A stretch of DNA of 63,840 nucleotides, filler included, from an uncultured virus (IMG/VR IMGVR_UViG_2049941000_000232) (34 parts of one record of this genome joined end to end with filler, not necessarily neighbours in it), one strand, 5' to 3'; positions 50,959 to 61,897 are shown, numbered from the whole stretch's first letter. Notes: generated by a model not told the origin, from the sequence alone. Made by a program: numbers and translations.

Positions 50959-51627
50959 ATCTGCTCCCTCCGTATAATCGACCGTTCCAGCCGATATATT
51001 TCTAATGCCTTTATTTAGGATATTGATTGCTGCATTCAGATCACGATCAATCATCTGTCCACAATGAGAGCATTTCCAATATCTGTCTTTTAGAGACAAG
51101 TCTTTCTTGACATGACCACANNNNNNNNNNATTCAGGATGTTGATTGCTGCGTTCAAGTCGCGGTCAATCATTTTTCCGCAATGAGGACATTTCCAATAT
51201 CTGTCTTTTAGAGACAAGTCTTTCTTGACATGACCACAGTGACAACACGTCTTTGAGGACGGATAGAACCTGTCTATCTTGACAAGTTGCTTATTATCCC
51301 TCTCGCATTTGTATGAAAGCAAATTTAAGAACGTACCCCAACCAGCATCCGCTATGCTTTGAGCGAGTCTGTGGTTTTTCAGCATCTCCTTCACATTCAA
51401 ATTCTCACAGCAAATCACATCGTAATTACGTACCAGATCAGTAGAAATCTTATGCAATTTGTCCATACGACAGTTGTGTATTTTCTCATGTATCCTTGCA
51501 ACGCGCAGTCTCATCTTGCACCATTCACCACTGCCTTTGTGTTTTCTAGACAAACACTTTTGAGCCTTTGCGAGCTTCTTAGTGTAATGTTTGATGAACT
51601 TGTTGCTTGAATATCTCACACCATCGC
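50959..51627 (-). mobile_element. tnpB: tnpB C-terminal fragments from two different copies
   Basis: Both contigs encode CxHCG.MIDRDLNAA with different nucleotide sequences. Confidence 0.9.
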
Positions 51628-51637
51628 NNNNNNNNNN

Positions 51638-51803
51638 TGGTTCAATGGATCCTGAAATTGTTGCATATCAGGTGACTATGATGGTACAATCTTGTAAAGC
51701 ATGCGGTATTCCTGATTTAGCTGTACATTCATGGGATGGTGATTGCTATTATAATGGAACTTATCAGGTTAAAGACCCTGATGTGCTTGAGCAGATTTTA
51801 GGA
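51638..51803 (+). CDS. VWA-like domain fragment (probable MoxR partner)
   Basis: Begins GSM (end of a DxSGSM MIDAS motif), then a helix and VHSWD strand. Confidence 0.5.
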
Positions 51804-52010
51804 NNNNNNNNNNNNNNNNNNNNNNNNNNNNNNNNNNNNNNNNNNNNTTAATTAATTAANNNNNNNNNNNNNNNNNNNNNNNNNNNNNNNNNNNNNNNNN
51901 NNNAATCCTATGGACTCATTTACTGAGAAATATCCTTCATGGAAAGGCATTCCAGTAAAATACGCACTTCCTGATGACAAATAATCAAATGCATTCATGT
52001 AAAGACTATA

Positions 52011-52046
52011 AACAAAAATAGGAGCTATACGGCTCCTATTTTTGTT
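52011..52046. terminator. Bidirectional intrinsic terminator
   Basis: AACAAAAATAGGAGC-TATACG-GCTCCTATTTTTGTT between convergent genes. Confidence 0.75.
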
Positions 52047-52625
52047 TTGCTTATGTTGTTCTCAATCGTTCACAATCATACATTCAATGCGACACTGGCA
52101 GACGGACCAGGTATCATAGATCGTCTTATAAGATGAACATACTGTTTTAATTGGCCACAATCTACAACATAATCTATACCATCTACAACATAAAATCCTG
52201 TCTTAGGGATATCTNNNNNNNNNNNNNNNNNNNNNNNNNNNNNNNNNNNNNNNNNNNNNNNNNNNNNNNNNNNNNNNNNNNNNNNNNNNNNNNNNNNNNN
52301 NNNNNNNNNNNNNNNNNNNNNNNNNNNNNNNNNNNNNNNNNNNNNNNNNNTTATGAAGCTATCACTGATTCTATCATAGTATTCTATGACCACACGTGCG
52401 CCAGATGTTACTGTATCAGATGGATTATTCTCCAATATGTAGTTATCGAAATAATTATTCCATCCAGTTGCTGAATTTATATTTGTNNNNNNNNNNCTAG
52501 CATAGGATATGTTATAACATCATAGACATCCTCGAACTCTTTGGTACCATCAACTACCAGTCCTCTATTGACAGGGACCATACCTTCTTTATGGTCTATC
52601 AGGGCCTCAGCGAACNNNNNNNNNN

Positions 52626-53259
52626 AATTTATCGAACAATCTGTTACACTCGATAAAATATAGATTATGGTCTATACTTATGAACGAGTCAAAAAACGAC
52701 TTGTCATCCTTATACGCATGCTGTGCGATATACTGACAGAAATCAACTGTAGAATTATGCCCATTGACCCATATCATGGCGTCATTAGTATCAGATAATT
52801 CTATGTTAGTACAGAATCCTGTACCCATCTGCTGGGCCATACATGCAAGAGCTTCTGCGCTCCTGCCAGGCAGAGAACATGAGCATTTCCTGAACATGTC
52901 AGGGACACGCAGATTCCCAGATATAGTCAGATATATACCATCGTCCCTCACACTGTCTGCAGTAAAGACAGATTCTATTAGCCCTACACCGTCGCTAGCA
53001 AGGAATGATATGACAGTTCCAGGAATAATCTCTCGTGTATTATCAATAGACGAATTGAGGTTTCTATGGAGCTATCGGTANNNNNNNNNNATGTGTCGCT
53101 TATCTTCAAATATGATATACTTCCGCAAGGTATCAGCTTAGTACCTACGTATAATATTGTTGTATAAGGCATCTGCTTGGCCATCTTCCTCATATCTTCT
53201 GTAATATGATTCCTGACGTCCAAGCTTTTATCAAATACTATTTCAGGGTTGAATTTCAT
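52626..53259 (-). CDS. Putative baseplate hub/tail protein fragments
   Basis: GFCTNI..TND.M.W...HAY...SFF..FI...NLYF pattern recalled from jumbo-phage tail genes; tentative. Confidence 0.4.
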
Positions 53260-53335
53260 CTAGATGTCTCTGTCTCTATAATATTCTTGCCATATTACAA
53301 TTACAAACAACCAACTGTAAAGGATNNNNNNNNNN

Positions 53336-54047
53336 AAGGACAGGGTCAAGGTCAGGGTCAGGGACAAGGACAGGGCCAAGGACAGGGTCAAGGACAGGGT
53401 CAGGGCCAAGGTCAAGGACAAGGACAGGGACAAAGCCAAGGAGGTCATGACGGAAACGTGAGCAGTCAAGGAGGTCAAGACGGACAAGGTCAGGGTAAGG
53501 GTCAAGGTGGTCAAGACGGACAAGGTCAGGGTAATGGTCAAGACAGTCAAGGTCAGGGCAAGGGTCAAGGCCAGGACAAGGGTCAAGACGGACAAGGTCA
53601 GGGTAATGGTCAAGACAGTCAAGGTCAGGGTAATGGTCAAGGTGGTCAAAACGGACAAGGCCAGGAAGGTATGAGTGCTGGCAAAAAAAGCACCAGAGGA
53701 AGCGATAATGCTATGGGAGGCGAAGGAGAAGGAGGAGGACTAAGAGATTTCGATAACGAATTAGGTCCTAATTCCCAGCTTAAAGCTTCTAGCGGTAAAA
53801 CTGGCAAGCCTCAAGTACAAAAAGGTATAGCTGATGAAGCTCCTAACGTCATAACGCCAGAATTGGATGGCAAGTCATTGCTTCCAGAAGATACTGTTGG
53901 AACCAATTCAGAGGTATATCGCCGCATGAGAACGTTCGGTTTAGACCTGGCTGCAAGCCGTGCACTTGAAAGACATATATCTAAAATGGATGCAAAGAGC
54001 ATGAAGCTTTGGTTGAATCTTTCTAGAATCGCTGAAATTTATGGTGA
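53336..54047 (+). CDS. Gly-Gln repeat linker region of a larger protein
   Basis: (GQ)n run followed by QDGQGQG(K/N)G repeats. Confidence 0.75.
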
Positions 54048-54147
54048 NNNNNNNNNNNNNNNNNNNNNNNNNNNNNNNNNNNNNNNNNNNNTTAATTAAT
54101 TAANNNNNNNNNNNNNNNNNNNNNNNNNNNNNNNNNNNNNNNNNNNN

Positions 54148-54360
54148 GCGATCTCATTTGCTGAAGGTATAAACCTGATAGACGGCATCAATGGTAGCGG
54201 CAAGTCCACTATTATGAATGCCCTGCTTTGGGGTATCTGGGGCAAGTGTAACTATAAGAAAGCAGATATCACGAATGTATCTACTAATGGTGAATGTTGG
54301 GTCAAGGTTTGTATATCTCTATCTGGAGGGATAGAGATGGTTATTGAGAGGACTATGAAG
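54148..54360 (+). CDS. Rad50/SbcC-like ATPase (gp46), N-terminal part
   Basis: GINLIDGINGSGKSTIMNAL.WGIWGK. Confidence 0.85.
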
Positions 54361-54727
54361 NNNNNNNNNNNNNNNNNNNNNNNNNNNNNNNNNNNNNNNN
54401 NNNNNNNNNNNNNNNNNNNNNNNNNNNNNNNNNNATGGGTGCATCCATTGGATAATCCTGAAATAGAAGACGACGGCAAGCGCATTACAGACAGAGAGGT
54501 CCAGAAGACCATGCATGGAATTTTTGCAGACGTCATTAAGGGTCTGGATGTTGCAGGACGCCCTGTTGTCACATTGAAAGGAAACCTTTCAGTTGAAGAT
54601 CGAATCTGGGATTTGTTGAAGTCTATTNNNNNNNNNNNNNNNNNNNNNNNNNNNNNNNNNNNNNNNNNNNNTTAATTAATTAANNNNNNNNNNNNNNNNN
54701 NNNNNNNNNNNNNNNNNNNNNNNNNNN

Positions 54728-55755
54728 TATTTCTTGTTGTATTTCTCTGATGTCGAAAGTGCACAATTTGAAAAGGCCTGCAATGACGACAATACTATCA
54801 CAATGTTCGACAATTCATATTTTGAGTATAAGATCAAAGGTATGATGCCTAGCATGACGTCATATGTGAATTACATCGTCAAGAACAAGCCTGATATTGT
54901 CATGGCAGATGTCAATTTCGACGAATATAATTCAACATGGGCTGAATCCGCTGCCCGTATGCTATTGCCTAACGACAGCAGCACCTTGCTCATGGTTATC
55001 CCTCATGGCAATACTATCGAGGAGATCGCTGATATGATCGAACTTATGAATACAGACATGTATGTTGACGTCATAGGTATACCATACCAGTTCAATGGAT
55101 TCGATCGTGCAAGCTTGATAGCTTATTGTGTATCCCATGGCAAATGGTGCTGGGATAAATCAGTGCATCTGCTAGGCCTTGCCGATGCTAATGAGATCCA
55201 GGATCACAGAGATCTTATACGTATCTGCCAGAATATCATCTCTATTGACACATCATATCCTGTATTGTTGGGATGCGATAACTTCCAGTCTCTCGAAGTA
55301 GGAGATGACAAGAGATTTATCCAGGGAAAGCCTTCTATCAATATTGTAGACTGTCCTGTAGATACTACAGATAAAGCTGAAGCTGTCATCCTTGCCAATA
55401 TCAGGACATTCAAGAACACAATATGTGATTTGACTACAGGCTATGCTAAGATTGCTTTTGTAGGTGCTGCTGGAGCTGGAAAGACTACTACAGCGAAAGA
55501 ACTCACTGACCTTCTGAATGGTAGGGGAGCTTATTTGAAATATCCTGCTATCCATGAGATATGTGACTATCGCGATCCAGAAAAGGCAGGTCTTGCCACT
55601 GCACTGTATACAGGCTGTAATCTTATGGCTGCATACATGCGCTTCAGTGATAATATCATTTTGGATAGATGTCTGATCGACAATATTGCATACGCAATAT
55701 ACGACAATAATGAGACTCAAGTGAAAGTGTTCAGAGAAGCTTTCAATATGTTCTG
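54728..55755 (+). CDS. TGT/DpdA-like TIM barrel fused to a P-loop NMP-kinase-like domain (probable C-terminus at 54435-54627)
   Basis: FDNSYFE, HLLGL, SIDTSYP, then in frame GAAGAGKTT and LDRCLID. Confidence 0.6.
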
Positions 55756-55855
55756 NNNNNNNNNNNNNNNNNNNNNNNNNNNNNNNNNNNNNNNNNNNNT
55801 TAATTAATTAANNNNNNNNNNNNNNNNNNNNNNNNNNNNNNNNNNNNNNNNNNNN

Positions 55856-56020
55856 TGGAACACTGTTGTCAATGATATAGTCTTGAAAGGTAATATTGCA
55901 AAGTTCAGTCAGAACCCGAAACTGAAAGATCTTCTGGTATCTACTCGAGGTATGATACTGGCTGAAGCAAGTCCATATGATAGGAGATGGGGTATAGGCT
56001 TGGATGCGCGGGCTCCAAAA
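55856..56020 (+). CDS. NADAR-family protein fragment
   Basis: My translation: AKFSQNPKLKDLLVST..LAEASPYDRRWGIG. Confidence 0.88.
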
Positions 56021-56598
56021 NNNNNNNNNNTTCGCGATATACTCTGAGGCTTTTGTGATTATATAAATGTATGATCGTTTGTGATTATATTCGAATCTTG
56101 TACCTCGTACAATTCATATCCCGCAGGGAAACATGATTAATGTTGCCTGGACNNNNNNNNNNATTCAATGAAACACCAATATAGCAAATCCTCATTGTTC
56201 GAGGTATATAGTTCCCTTTGTATATTTAATAATTAAGAACATCTAAATGGATAATTACAAAGATTACAGCAGCATGACTGCAGAACATCAACAGACAGAT
56301 AGACTTTGTGAATACAACCTTTTTACTAAAAGGATGCCAGTTATTGAAAACATCCTGAAAGATCGCCTAGGTCTTCAAGACTGTATCACTGTTCCTATAA
56401 CAGGGAACAGCACAGATGATATCACCTTGCAGAAGACTTATCATATTGATGTGATCGCTATATGTACAAAACCTTCGGACAGAACAGCANNNNNNNNNNA
56501 TATAAAGGGCGGAGGATACTCTAATATTTCGGTAGATCCTAGAGATTCTTGTGATTATATATTAGAGGATTGACTATAACATTTAATTATTAATATAT

Positions 56599-56756
56599 AT
56601 GAAAGCAGTTATAAGTTTAAGCGGCGGACTGGATTCCACATGCCTGTTGATGCATCTTCTTGCAAACGGCTACGACGAAATTAGAGCATTCTCGTTCAAC
56701 TATGGACAGAAGCATGATGTTGAATTGCGTAAGGTCCAGAATAATATCAAGTTCCT
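56599..56756 (+). CDS. queC: 7-cyano-7-deazaguanine synthase, N-terminal part
   Basis: [18 protein letters not shown]. Confidence 0.9.
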
Positions 56757-57169
56757 NNNNNNNNNNNNNNNNNNNNNNNNTGCATTCCTGTCTGTATTCT
56801 ATCATGTCAAAGAATATGGGCATCTCACAGGAATCATCGGACATACACATGACACATATGTCTACACATGTCTGGGAGATATCTTGAGACGTGATTTGAC
56901 TACANNNNNNNNNNNNNNNNNNNNNNNNNNNNNNNNNNNNNNNNNNNNTTAATTAATTAANNNNNNNNNNNNNNNNNNNNNNNNNNNNNNNNNNNNNNNN
57001 NNNNACATACCGAATGAGCTATTGTCAGCTGGCCTGGTTGACTTTTCCCTATCTTTTCGCTGCCTATACTCAGCTGGTGTCTCTTTCTTAGGGTGAGGGT
57101 AGAATATAGCAGGTACTGCTTGTTTGATGAAATTCATAGTTTCTGCATCATCAGATATTNNNNNNNNNN

Positions 57170-57817
57170 TGACAAATCTTCTTTCACATAACCGCAGTGA
57201 TGGCAAGACTTTGATGATGGGTAGAAACGGCCAACCTTTACAAGTTGCTTGTCGTCCCTCTCGCATTTGTACGAAAGAAAATTCAAGAATGTCCCCCAAC
57301 TCGCATCAGCTATGCTTTGCGAGAGTTTGTGGTTTCTCTGCATTCCTTTCACGTTCAAATCCTCACAACAAATCACATCATAATTCCTCACCAAATCGGT
57401 GGAAATCTTATGTAATTTGTCCATACGACAGTTGTGTATTTTCTCTTGTATTCTCGCAACACACAGTCTCATCCTATGCCACTCACCACTACCTTTGTCC
57501 TTTTTGGACAAGATCTTTTGAGCTTTTGCAAGTTTCTTTGTATACTGCTTGACAAACTTGTTGCTTGAATACCTCACACCATCGCTAGTTACTATGAAAT
57601 CCTTAATACCCAAATCTATTCCGACCTTCTTGTTGGTTTTCCTTGAAGGTTCGTGTTCNNNNNNNNNNCTTGTCCATGCGGCAATTATGTATCTTCTCAT
57701 GTATCCTTGCAACCTTCAATCGCATCCTATACCATTCCCCACTGCCATTATGCTTCTTTGATAAGCACTTTTGAGCTTTTGCAAGTTTCTTTGTATACTG
57801 CTTGACAAACTTGTTGC
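57170..57817 (-). mobile_element. tnpB: tnpB fragments from two copies
   Basis: GIDLG, CCEDLNV, PSSK; the second contig repeats the bridge-helix region with different sequence. Confidence 0.9.
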
Positions 57818-58854
57818 NNNNNNNNNNATGAAATACATATTTTGTTATCCGCAGACATCACCATCAGCATCTATGGTGCATGGTATTGTAGGACTCCATT
57901 TTTCAACTACTGTATTGTTCCCAATAATAGTCTCTCTTGCAATTTTGGCGTCTATGATAGAATTGTATCTTGATGCGAAACATTTCCATTTCTTGCCATC
58001 CTTAGAATAGTATATCATGTAATACTCGCGAAGATGATCGCTATTGTTTACATGTTTGCGTATNNNNNNNNNNATAATATGAAGCGTCCAAAAAAATTTT
58101 TTCTTTGTTCTTATTTTCTTTCAGCTTCATAACGAAATCGTATGTATATGGGATCAGGTATCCCAGTGTCGTTAAACTGATAGCGAACACTATATACATA
58201 TTAATGAAATCTTGTATCATATTGGTTATTATTAAGTTACACAATTAAATGTTATATTTTGCCTGCAATATCTAAAATAGACATCTTGTATATGTCGCAT
58301 ATCTTGAACATACTTTCTCTGATTTTCTTGACTTGCTGCTCCAACCTGTCGCATACTATATGGATTGAAAAATCATTCGTATCACGGTCGTAGGCCTCTT
58401 CTGTATATATGTACAGAATTTCGCCGTCAGACATCTCATCAGCAGGAGGACACTCGATAGAGCATCCCTTACCGTGCCAGCTGATATCAATATGGTCTTT
58501 GCTAGTCTTGATGGATACATNNNNNNNNNNNNNNNNNNNNNNNNNNNNNNNNNNNNNNNNNNNNTTAATTAATTAANNNNNNNNNNNNNNNNNNNNNNNN
58601 NNNNNNNNNNNNNNNNNNNNGTATGATAAGATATCAGAATGCATCAGGGGTGGCAATGTGCTGTATAGCAAGACAGGGAAGCCTAATAACTATGTCGTAT
58701 CATATGATATTCCTGCTAGTATCCGCATGCTTGACAAAGCATCGTATGGAAAGGCTATCATGTGGACGTCTAAAATGTCTGNNNNNNNNNNGATTAGTGC
58801 AATTCATCCCAAAACTGACGATTTTTGGGTTCCAGCACTTTCTATAAAAAAAGA

Positions 58855-59005
58855 TTTCCTACTACCTGCTATACCTGCGTCGCCACCAGCACAAGTGCTT
58901 ATTCCCCTATTGGTGCAGCCACCCTCAGCAGATAAAGCTGAAACAGACACCTCTGTATCTATTCGCTTTATCGGGTATGGTTCTCTCCATGTTTTAGGAG
59001 AGCAA
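58855..59005 (-). ncRNA. Candidate structured ncRNA downstream of tRNA-Trp
   Basis: Long stem GATAAAGC-GAATAGATAC/GTGTCTGTTT-GCTTTATC with G.U pairs on the minus strand; CTCTCC/GGAGAG hairpin. Confidence 0.5.
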
Positions 59006-59008
59006 TTG

Positions 59009-59079
59009 CACAGCTTTAAGGATTCGAACCTCAATCAACGGTTTTGGAGACCGCTATCCTACCATTAGACTAAAGCTGT
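59009..59079 (-). tRNA. tRNA-Trp(CCA)
   Basis: Cloverleaf; anticodon loop CT-CCA-AA. Confidence 0.93.
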
Positions 59080-59093
59080 TTAANNNNNNNNNN

Positions 59094-59517
59094 GTCTCAA
59101 GACACACAATCTAGACTGAGGCTTGATGATATCTGCCATCTGCAATCTCTTTATAGCACTGTCTAATGAAATAATGTGATCAAGATCCACTGGCATATCT
59201 TCTAGCCACCATGTCTGTGTTCTTGTTACAAAAGTGCTGTTTTTCTGATGGTAGAACTGGATGCACATTGATGTGTCCTGTACAACATTCATCACTCTTT
59301 CGATGCGTACAGTACCTTCTGCTGTGATGTTGTCTGTGAACGTTATCTGGCTTTCATAGAATACAGCAGCATCGGACTTCTGAGATTCAGTAGCAAAATC
59401 TTCTTTAGCCACTTCCAAAAAGTTGTCAACAGTAACTGTGACAGAACGTTTCTTGGTACATGAGCTGAACGCTAATACGGCGATCAAGCTTGCGAATAAA
59501 AAAATAATTTTTTTCAT
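59094..59517 (-). CDS. Lipoprotein, partial
   Basis: MKKIIFLFASLIAVLAFSS-C signal peptide II. Confidence 0.75.
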
Positions 59518-59777
59518 AAAAAGTATATAAATTGTTTATAGTGTACGTCTTATATGCACATTATATCTGACCGCATAGTTTCTCTCATACAGAAACTAAT
59601 TCAGTATACGCGCAAAAGTCCTAATTGGACCTCCAGACTAGAGGGCACGCCTCACAACCATTGCAGTGTAATCCTCANNNNNNNNNNNNNNNNNNNNNNN
59701 NNNNNNNNNNNNNNNNNNNNNTTAATTAATTAANNNNNNNNNNNNNNNNNNNNNNNNNNNNNNNNNNNNNNNNNNNN

Positions 59778-60143
59778 GACGGCTCGCACAAAGTATAGCT
59801 GATGCTAGCTGGGGTACATTCTTGAATTTGCTTTCGTACAAATGTGAGAGGGACGACAAACAGATCTTAAAGGTTGGTCGTTTCTACCCGTCATCCAAGA
59901 CTTGCCATCACTGTGGCTATGTTAAGAAAGATTTGTCTCTAAAAGACAGAAATTGGAAATGCCCTCATTGCGGACGTATGATTGATCGCGATTTGAACGC
60001 GTCAATCAACATCCTTAATGAAGGTATTAAAAGCATATCGACTGGAACGGTCGATTATACGGAGGGAGCAGACGTAAGACCTACCCGTAGGCAGTCAGCG
60101 TTGAAATCCGAAGCCCACGAATCTTTAGTTCGTGGGTAGTTCA
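59778..60143 (+). mobile_element. tnpB: tnpB C-terminus with omega-RNA region and right end
   Basis: DRDLNA RuvC-III; stop lies within CCCACGAA/TTCGTGGG-TAGTTCA end. Confidence 0.92.
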
Positions 60144-60284
60144 NNNNNNNNNNTAAGATCGTTTTAGCATTGCATGGTGCTGGTCCATTTTTGCTTTTAG
60201 AATTAAATTTATGCAAGTATATATCCTTATATATCAACAAGTTAAGGAACCCTGCGATTATCTATTAAAGTAAAAATATTCTTT

Positions 60285-60571
60285 GAGCACTCGAAGCGGA
60301 CCAGCTCCTAGCACAACTACCTTTTGAGTAGCCTCATGCTAAACTCCGAGGATTTCCTTTTGCTGCCTCCAGCTACTTAGAATCTATCGTACTGCAGCAC
60401 CTTAGTCTTTCACTACGACGCTATGTACTTCGTTATGCAAGCCCTCGTTAGGTATTCTCGAACCTGCATCTGATTAGGCCTTTATTCGCTTTCGCGTCAA
60501 GCACAGTCTTCGCAATATGCTCATATGTACTAGTACTTGACCGTTGTTAGCTAGCCAAGACCGCCGCACAC
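60285..60571 (-). ncRNA. 3' part of a large structured ncRNA (GOLLD/ROOL-like candidate)
   Basis: No listed ORF, GC above background, many stems, GNRA loops, GCTACT-CAAAA-GGTAGT hairpin. Confidence 0.55.
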
Positions 60572-60581
60572 NNNNNNNNNN

Positions 60582-60863
60582 ATGAGACTACGTGTTGCAA
60601 GAATACATGAGAAAATACATAACTGCCGCATGGATAAATTACATAAGATTTCCGCCGATTTGGTAAGGAATTATGATGTGATTTGTTGTGAGGATTTGAA
60701 TGTGAAAGGAATACAGAGAAATAGACGGCTCGCCCAAAGCATAGCTGATGCTAGTTGGGGTACATTCTTGAATCTTCTTTCGTATAAATGTGCGAGGGAC
60801 GACAAACAGATCGTAAAGGTTGGTCGTTTCTACCCGTCATCCAAGACTTGCCATCACTGTGGC
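60582..60863 (+). mobile_element. tnpB: tnpB fragment
   Basis: CCEDLNV..SIADASWG..PSSKTC. Confidence 0.9.
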
Positions 60864-61194
60864 NNNNNNNNNNNNNNNNNNNNNNNNNNNNNNNNNNNNN
60901 NNNNNNNNNNNNNNNNNNNNNNNNNNNNNNNNNNNNNNNNNNNNNNNNNNNNNNNNNNNNNNNNNNNNNNNNNNNNNNNNNNNNNNNNNNNNNNNNNNNN
61001 NNNNNNNNNNNNNNNNNNNNNNNNNNNNNNNNNNNNNNNNNNNNNNNNNNNNNNNNNNNNNNNNNNNNNNNNNNNNNNNNNNNNNNNNNNNNNNNNNNNN
61101 NNNNNNNNNNNNNNNNNNNNNNNNNNNNNNNNNNNNNNNNNNNNNNNNNNNNNNNNNNNNNNNNNNNNNNNNNNNNNNNNNNNNNNNNNNNNNN

Positions 61195-61262
61195 GGCATG
61201 CGTCCTAACCATTAGACGATAGAAAGAATTCTGTTGCTCTCAACCAACTGAGCTAAGGATCC
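61195..61262 (-). tRNA. 5' half of one tRNA abutting the 5' part of a Glu-type tRNA (rest in gap)
   Basis: GGATCCTTAGCTCAGTTGGTTGAGAGCAACAG followed directly by CTTTCTATCGTCTAATGGTTAGGACGCATGCC. Confidence 0.6.
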
Positions 61263-61269
61263 GTTTTAA

Positions 61270-61370
61270 TGTGTATTGCCTGAGAACTTTCAGCAACACT
61301 GATGCTATCCTAAGGGCCTTTGATAACCCTACTGTCACACTTGATCTTACAACCAAGTAAACATCACGAT
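61270..61370 (-). ncRNA. Candidate multi-stem ncRNA inside the tRNA cluster
   Basis: Stems ACTTGGT/ATCAAGT, AGGGTT/GGCCCT, GTGTTGC/GCAATAC, all with minus-strand G.U pairs. Confidence 0.4.
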
Positions 61371-61609
61371 CACAGCATTTTGATAAAAGCTGCTAAAATC
61401 TTACCATACATATTCATAGACTCCCTTTTCGCACCGTCTTCCTTGCGAGATAAGGAAGGNNNNNNNNNNNNNNNNNNNNNNNNNNNNNNNNNNNNNNNNN
61501 NNNNNNNNNNNNNNNNNNNNNNNNNNNNNNNNNNNNNNNNNNNNNNNNNNNNNNNNNNNNNNNNNNNNNNNNNNNNNNNNNNNNNNNNNNNNNNNNNNNN
61601 NNNNNNNNN

Positions 61610-61634
61610 GTTCTATCCACTGAACTAATGAACT
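61610..61634 (-). tRNA. 5' fragment of a tRNA (anticodon in gap)
   Basis: AGTTCAT-TA-GTTC-AGTGGATA-GAAC acceptor strand and D-arm. Confidence 0.6.
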
Positions 61635-61641
61635 GATTTTG

Positions 61642-61715
61642 GGAGTCCGGCGAGATTCGAACCCGCGACATCCAGTGCCACAAACTGGCACTCTTCCTAC
61701 TGAGCTACAGACTCC
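61642..61715 (-). tRNA. tRNA-His(GTG)
   Basis: Cloverleaf, encoded G-1:C73, loop TT-GTG-GC. Confidence 0.93.
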
Positions 61716-61722
61716 ATTTTTG

Positions 61723-61805
61723 TTGAGGTGGAGGGACTCGAACCCCCGAAAGCCGAATGGCAGCGGATTTACAGTCCGCTCTCGTTGCCGCTGGAGAACA
61801 CCTCA
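61723..61805 (-). tRNA. tRNA-Tyr(GTA)
   Basis: Cloverleaf with long variable arm, loop CT-GTA-AA. Confidence 0.93.
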
Positions 61806-61820
61806 ATACATTTATTGTTG

Positions 61821-61894
61821 TCTGGATAGAGAGACTCGAACTCCCGATCCCTGCGTCCCAAACGCAGTGTGTTAACCAACTCCACCATATCCAG
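61821..61894 (-). tRNA. tRNA-Pro(TGG)
   Basis: Cloverleaf, loop TT-TGG-GA. Confidence 0.93.
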
Positions 61895-61897
61895 ATG

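Noticed and set aside
53260..53658. Minus-strand (LT/LS)n ORF
   Set aside because: Antisense shadow of the Gly-Gln repeat
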